A stretch of DNA of 11,551 bases from a bacterium (GTDB lineage: Bacteria > SAR324 > NAC60-12), in NCBI GenBank assembly GCA_965233585.1, contig CBDDTI010000045.1, forward strand, positions 1 to 11,551. Reading direction: 5' to 3'. The notes beneath the pieces were generated by a model, which saw only the letters and a program-made list of their open reading frames with translations, had not been told where the DNA came from and searched no databases. Shown one piece after another: positions 6,605 to 11,551 of the stretch. Each line of letters begins with the position of its first letter. The first letter of the stretch is position 1. A program made the translations under genes and the position numbers.

Positions 6605-8711
6605 AAGTACCGCCTATGAGGATAGTGGTTGTGCCGCGTGCGGTTATCAATTTATCCCTTTGAGCGGAGCGCCCAAAGGGAAACCATTGCCATTTTTCTA
6701 TATATTTCAATCAATCAATCAATCCATTGAAAGTTTCCAAGTGGTTATCATTATTTAACAGCGTAAACAACGGACGACAATTTAACGCAATTTTGATAAC
6801 ATTTAACATCTCAAGCCCAATGAAAGGAATTTTTTAACACAGAGAGGAATTCCCTTAGCAACACATGAAAAACTTGCCTAGCCGACCGACCCTATTAGGT
6901 AGACGTTCGTCTCCTTTGTTTAAAACTGTGGTCTTTGATCGTAATTTTTGTCCTTACCATTACCCCTAAACTAGATTTTGGGTATGCAAAAACGTTTGTT
7001 GGGCAGGTCCGGACAGTCATTTCGGCTGGTCTCATGTTTCTTAAAATTTGTATTATCGAAACGAATTTTCAGTTTTTCTCGCTCGGCCAAATTTTTGATG
7101 AAAGCAAATACTTACCGGCCTCCCCTGGACAAATGTACTTGGACATGCATGCACTTGTTTCAAGCTTAACAGATGCAAGCCTGCCCTAGAAGTTGTAACA
7201 TGAGCTTCTATAATTATTTCCACTTAAAAGGTCTCAGTTTGAAACGTATTCAGGTTTCATGTTGAAGATGCTTAAAAGAAAGCGAAGTCACATATAACGT
7301 TCGGTTCTCCCCAGAGAGCTAGCCTGCTCTGAAGGTTTCCCTTATCGTGAAGTTTGACTTCAAAGGACGATATCTAAACAGAAAAGGGTAGTGCAGTAAG
7401 TTTGAATGTTAGTACATTTTACATAGTTAGCAGCTAGGAAATACTCTGATATTTACCTGTTATTCCATACACTTGGCCCAGGCAACAGGCAGAAACAGTT
7501 TCTTTGTGAAAATCTTTTCACGCTGTTTCGTAGAACAATGAGACCGCCAGGCTCGAAATATTCTAGATGGCTAGGTGGGAATCACAATATCCATGTGAGA
7601 AAACGTTTAAATCTTTCACTCTTGCTTTTCAGTTAGACAAAACTCTAGACAACTGAAGGGCGACGCGGACGATTTTATACGGAGATTCTTTTGGGCGAGC
7701 GCGCATAAATGAACAAAAGGCCGTATTCAATTCTTAAATTAGATTAGAAGAATATTCCAGTCAACAATTCCCTTAGCTTTGAAAACACTGTACGGTAGGT
7801 GAATTTATGATGCGCAATTTGATAAATCAGTCTTTCGTAACTCAGTTTAAAGTGCCTATGAAGTGAAAATTAATTGCTGCTTATTTGAAAGGCTTTTCAA
7901 AGTAAAGAAGAACGGTGTTTTCCTTTTTGGAATATCTTTTTTCGTTTTAGAGATATTCACGTTTTTGTATCATGCAAATGAGGAAAGTGATGACGTCATA
8001 AATAGTTCCACTAAAACGATAAAATACTGAATTAAGAATATCTCCAGAAATATTGGAGCAGTGATCTTCAAACTTGGCACCAGAAATGTACATCACAAAA
8101 GAAACAAAATGACACCTACTGTATTGTTGCCATGGCAACACCCTTGGTTCCAGTCTCTGTCTGTGAAAAACCAAATATCCCCGTTTGCAACCTTTTTGCG
8201 TGGGACAGGGGTCTTCCTCTGAACAGACATGGTTCCCACATTATCTTAACTCTCCCTATTAGATTGTTGGGAGTGGATGATCCTTTTGTAAGATGAAATC
8301 TGGGAATTTTAGTTGTAATTAAAACTGGGCCAGCGGCATAACTGTTGTCATGGCAACGGCATGGCAGCTGTCATTTTGTGTCTTTTGTGATGTATATTTC
8401 CGGTGCCAAGTTTTAAGGACACTGCATCAATTTTTTTTTTGAGATATTCTTGATTGAGTGTTGTACTGTTTTAGTGGAACGATCTATGACGTCATCACTT
8501 CCCTCATTTGCGTAATACAAAACGTAAATATCTCTAAAACGAAAACAGATATTCCAAAAAGGAAAACACCGTTCTTCTTTACTTTGAAAAGCCTTTCAAA
8601 TAAGCAGCTATTATTTTTTACCTCATTTTAGACCAAATTTAAAATTGGAACTACTAGCGGGAGTCTCTTATCCCTTGTAGAATTTACTTACCAAGTACCA
8701 CTGACCAAGTA
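6605..8711 (+). repeat. Right arm of the inverted duplication, interrupted by the MITE at 7851-8626
   Basis: Same anchors in reverse order. Homology resumes after the MITE (attttagaccaaa at 8625; actgaccaagta at 8700-8711 = reverse complement of 31-42). Confidence 0.85.
7851..8626. mobile_element. Non-autonomous DNA transposon (MITE) with ~290-bp TIRs, Kolobok-like (TTAA target, AG terminus); right terminus clipped
   Basis: 7851-8140 and 8343-8626 are long imperfect inverted repeats, e.g. gctgcttatttgaaaggcttttcaaagtaaagaagaacggtgttttcctttttggaatatct and its exact reverse complement. The left end follows TTAA (7847-7850) and starts AG. No ORF of transposase size. TTAA with RR termini is the Kolobok pattern; piggyBac would start CC. 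Confidence 0.85.
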
Positions 8712-8961
8712 CAAATTAACCTAGTAACAAAAAAAGTCGCCAGCAGTATATCGCCTAAACGATTTTATTAAATCTATTCGATCTTTTTACGTATCTTGGG
8801 ACCTTGTGTGTGAAAACTTTATGTCATGTTGCCACAAGCTGCTTTGGTCATGTGCCTTCTCACTGCAAGAACAGAATTGTAGCAAAGAAGAAGGTAACAA
8901 AAAAGCTTAATCACCAGTCTGCTTGTTGTTTGTCCCCTTTTGGATCGAAAAATCTTTTGAA

Positions 8962-9239
8962 GTTCTAAAATGTGGCAAATTTTCAGAAGCTCGTGTTTCC
9001 TTGTATTATCTTATTCAAGTTCGATAGCCATTCCATTCGATGAGATACGAACGTAATTGAGAGCTCTTTTACAAATGGTTTTGTAAGGGGCGAATACATT
9101 GATCTTACAATAACAAAGAGAGAAATAACAGAGAAAGCACTGGCCAATCAATATTTCGTAATTTAATGAGGATCCAGAACAGTCTCGACGCAGACGGCAG
9201 CAATAAAATCTTTCAAGACACAAGCTCCTTAAATGAAAC
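8962..9239 (+). pseudogene. Second, inverted decayed copy of the 5771-6061 exon-like block
   Basis: 9031-9066 matches the reverse complement of 5940-5975 at 33/36 nt. Both copies share aaaatgtggc and atttaatgaggatc...agtctcga. Peptide RESTGQSIFRNLMRIQNSLDADGSNKIFQDTSSLNE aligns without gaps to REYTSHPIRRDLMRIKDSLEINVWEKKLHDTNSLKG. There is a CGA>TGA stop at 9041 plus frameshifts. Confidence 0.55.
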
Positions 9240-9460
9240 GTGCATGTATGACAGTTTGGATAGGTTTTTCATTGAGACTTGCAAAGCACACACAAAACCA
9301 TATTTTTTTAAACTGTTGTTCATCTGTTTGCTATTAACAAGACAGGGGGAAATGTGTAAAATAGCAAAAATAAATTTATTAAACTAGAAAGGATAATTTT
9401 AGAATGAAAAACACAACCCTCTTATTGCGCAATAAATATTTCTTTACATTATATTAGAAA

Positions 9461-9750
9461 ACTGTATACATTAAAAACCCACGTATAAGAACCTAAAATT
9501 AAGAACCTGTCATGCCTGTTAGGTTAAAATTTCGCTGTTAGGACCCCTTCACATAAGAACCATTCCAGTCTAAAATCTCAATCAGGTTCTTTTCAAAATA
9601 TAGAGTTTCATCAAATATAATACAGCCCATCAGACGCGAGCACTGACAGTGTTATATGAACTTGATACAGTACTGTAAATGATTCAGATATAAAGGCCAC
9701 GCCCATGAGTACAAGTTCTTTTCTTCTTTTAAAATTAAGAACCTGATTAA
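9461..9750. repeat. Cluster of AAGAACCT-like motifs in both orientations, likely a DNA-transposon subterminal relic
   Basis: aagaacct at 9487, 9501 and 9737; aagaacca at 9555; inverted aatcaggttctt at 9580-9591 (reverse complement of 9737-9748) and aagttctt at 9713. aaaattaagaacctg occurs twice. Confidence 0.45.
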
Positions 9751-9955
9751 GGTTACTGTAGACCTTCAGGAGTGTCTTCCAGAAATGAAAATCGTTCGTA
9801 CGCACATTGCTAGCGATAAAACCTTGATTAAGTGTATATCACTGTGAAGCTTACAAAATGTACAATCTGGGGAAATAATTTAAAGATAAGTTAAAGATTT
9901 AGTGTAATGGTAAGCGTGCACAACGCCTTATATGCAAAACTGATGATGTTTGCTA

Positions 9956-10060
9956 AGCCTGTTCCAGGCTCTCGGTCAGTGAGGATGTTTGAAAAAGCGA
10001 ACGGGCGACAAGCGGGATCAGCTGCGAGCGGGATCCGGAAGTGAAAAGGAGAGGGCGGGA
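9956..10060. mobile_element. One-armed remnant of a GC-rich palindromic miniature element
   Basis: Abrupt GC/purine-rich island starting AGCCTGttcCAGGCT, the same AGCCTG terminus type as the 3247-3340 element, with gcgggatc twice. No partner arm in the window. Confidence 0.45.
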
Positions 10061-10532
10061 GCAACGATTTCTTTAAAATCAATACCCGGGATCAGTAAGA
10101 AAACCTGAAAGTGACATTTGTTTCTACATGTACTTCAATTTAAGTAGGATACTTCCTTTCACTTCAAGCCACAAGATGTAAGAGCATTTATAAGATTTAA
10201 GAGCATTTATGGAGGGATTTCTGCTTTCTAACCCGATTGCTCAAAAGATGTTCATGACTACGTTTTTTCATGGCATACATCAAGCTATTTTTTCGACCTG
10301 CGTTATACGCCCTTTAAATAACGGGGATGCTCCCAAAATGTTTTTTTGTGTGTGTGTACTCTTATGTGTAATATGTCAGCCTGTACAACTCCCTCGCAGC
10401 TAAAGATGTATGATTTGAAATGTTCAACACCCCCTAGGTATTATAATTTCCCCTTAGCAACCATTATTCTGAAAGCTGCTTTGTATTCTTGACTCCTCGT
10501 ATCAACACGCACCTCAACCCAGTCACACTCAG

Positions 10533-10590
10533 GTAATGTTTTATAACTCAGTATATCCTCTTTATTGTTCCACTTTTTTTTCTCGATCAG
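10533..10590 (+). other. Candidate 58-nt 5'UTR intron of the FReD gene
   Basis: Donor CAG|GTAATG at 10533. Polypyrimidine tract cacttttttttctcgatCAG ends at 10590, two bases before the ATG. Confidence 0.5.
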
Positions 10591-10592
10591 AA

Positions 10593-10740
10593 ATGGCTTC
10601 TCAAAAGTGGATTGTGTTTTTCACATTCCTGGCGCTGTTTATTTTCATGGACGACGCAACGATTTTTGCAACCTGTAAAGAGAAAATCCTTCAACAATTA
10701 AGGGAAAGTATCACCGCTCTTGAGAATTGTACTTGTGGTG
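10593..10740 (+). CDS. First coding exon of a secreted fibrinogen-related (FReD) protein: signal peptide plus short Cys-flanked helix
   Basis: ATG at 10593 gives MASQKWIVFFTFLALFIFMDDATIFATCKEKILQQLRESITALENCTCG with a hydrophobic N-terminus. The exon is 148 nt (49 codons + 1) and ends at donor G|GTAGGT (10741). Phase 1 joins in frame (G+TT = Val) to the FBG exon at 11266. Confidence 0.8.
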
Positions 10741-11265
10741 GTAGGTAAACTAATTCTCTTGTAAAAGTGAAACAGTGACGAGAAGACCAACGGTGTTTTC
10801 AACTGATATGCATAGAAATGGTTTCCTTAAGCAAATATTCACTGCAGCTATTCGCAAAGCGATATTTTCCTACTACGCCATTGGTCAAAATATTCGACTA
10901 TATATGTGAGACGCACAAGCCGGCGGACAGATACCAGCAATGACATTCCAAATTGATACCAACGGCCCCGTATAGAATCCGTTTCAAAATTAAGTGTTCC
11001 GAGTTTGGCCTGACGTTAAATCTTGCCTTAAATTCGGAAACACTTTGGAGAATAAAAAAAAAAAATTTTTGAAGTATGTACGTCTGAGAGAAAACTATAT
11101 ATTGGTTTTGGCAGTAATGGATGGGTTTAAACTTGTCTGTGTCAACCGAAGGTTACTGCATGTTGTGGAACGAAAATAACGTCAGTTAAAAAAAGACAAA
11201 TAAAATCAATTATTAATAGGACTTTGTTTCCACATAAGTTCTAATTGCTTTAATTTAAATCTCAG

Positions 11266-11551
11266 TTCCAGCTTCAAGCTGCGCTGCTCTTTACAAATCC
11301 GGACATACAACCAGCGGTGTTTACACAATCGACCCTGATGGTTCAGGAGCATTTGATGTTTTCTGCGACCAAAGAACAGACGGTGGGGGGTGGACAGTAT
11401 TCCAGAAGAGACTGGATGGCTCCGTTGATTTCTACCGCGACTGGGACGACTATAAGAATGGCTTTGGGAACCTGAATGGCGAGTTTTGGCTGGGACTGGA
11501 CAAGATACATCGCCTGACCAACAGTGATACATTGAAGCTTCGGGTGGATCT
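11266..11551 (+). CDS. Fibrinogen C-terminal (FBG/FReD) domain exon, ficolin/MFAP4/tachylectin-5/ryncolin-like; runs off the window end
   Basis: Branch-like TTCTAAT (~11239-11245) and acceptor ctCAG (11265). Manual translation: (V)PASSCAALYKSGHTTSGVYTIDPDGSGAFDVFCDQRTDGGGWTVFQKRLDGSVDFYRDWDDYKNGFGNLNGEFWLGLDKIHRLTNSDTLKLRVD. It has the hallmark FBG motifs VFCD, GGGWTVFQKR, DGSVDF, GFG and EFWLGLDKIH, with no stops. Confidence 0.97.

Noticed and set aside
10745..10750. Alternative donor AG|GTAAAC four bases downstream of the chosen donor
   Set aside because: Gives phase 2, out of frame with the acceptor at 11265.
11206..11532. 108-aa minus-strand ORF
   Set aside because: Antisense shadow of the plus-strand FBG exon.

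Overview
AT-rich eukaryotic genomic DNA. The intron signals, gene families and repeat styles suggest a cnidarian, probably a stony coral (inference). Almost all ORFs in the supplied track are spurious. The one apparently intact gene is at the right end: a spliced, secreted fibrinogen-related domain (FReD/FBG) protein on the + strand (coding exons 10593-10740 and 11266->11551, truncated by the window). The ORF track misses a frameshifted TNF-superfamily ligand pseudogene on the - strand (TNF-homology exon ~5232-5460, upstream exon-like blocks to ~6061). A second decayed copy of its upstream exon lies on the + strand at ~8962-9239. These relics sit in a rearranged locus: a ~1.15 kb inverted paralogous segment (31-1178 vs 6605-8711) and five copies of a ~380-bp unit, four of which carry an NF-kB-like site fused to an RFX-like half-site. 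Several non-autonomous DNA elements are inserted: a Kolobok-like MITE, a 94-bp hairpin element with a 9-bp TSD, and two Crypton-like elements. No prokaryotic system, RNA gene or CRISPR array is supported. The window reads as a turning-over innate-immune gene neighbourhood.
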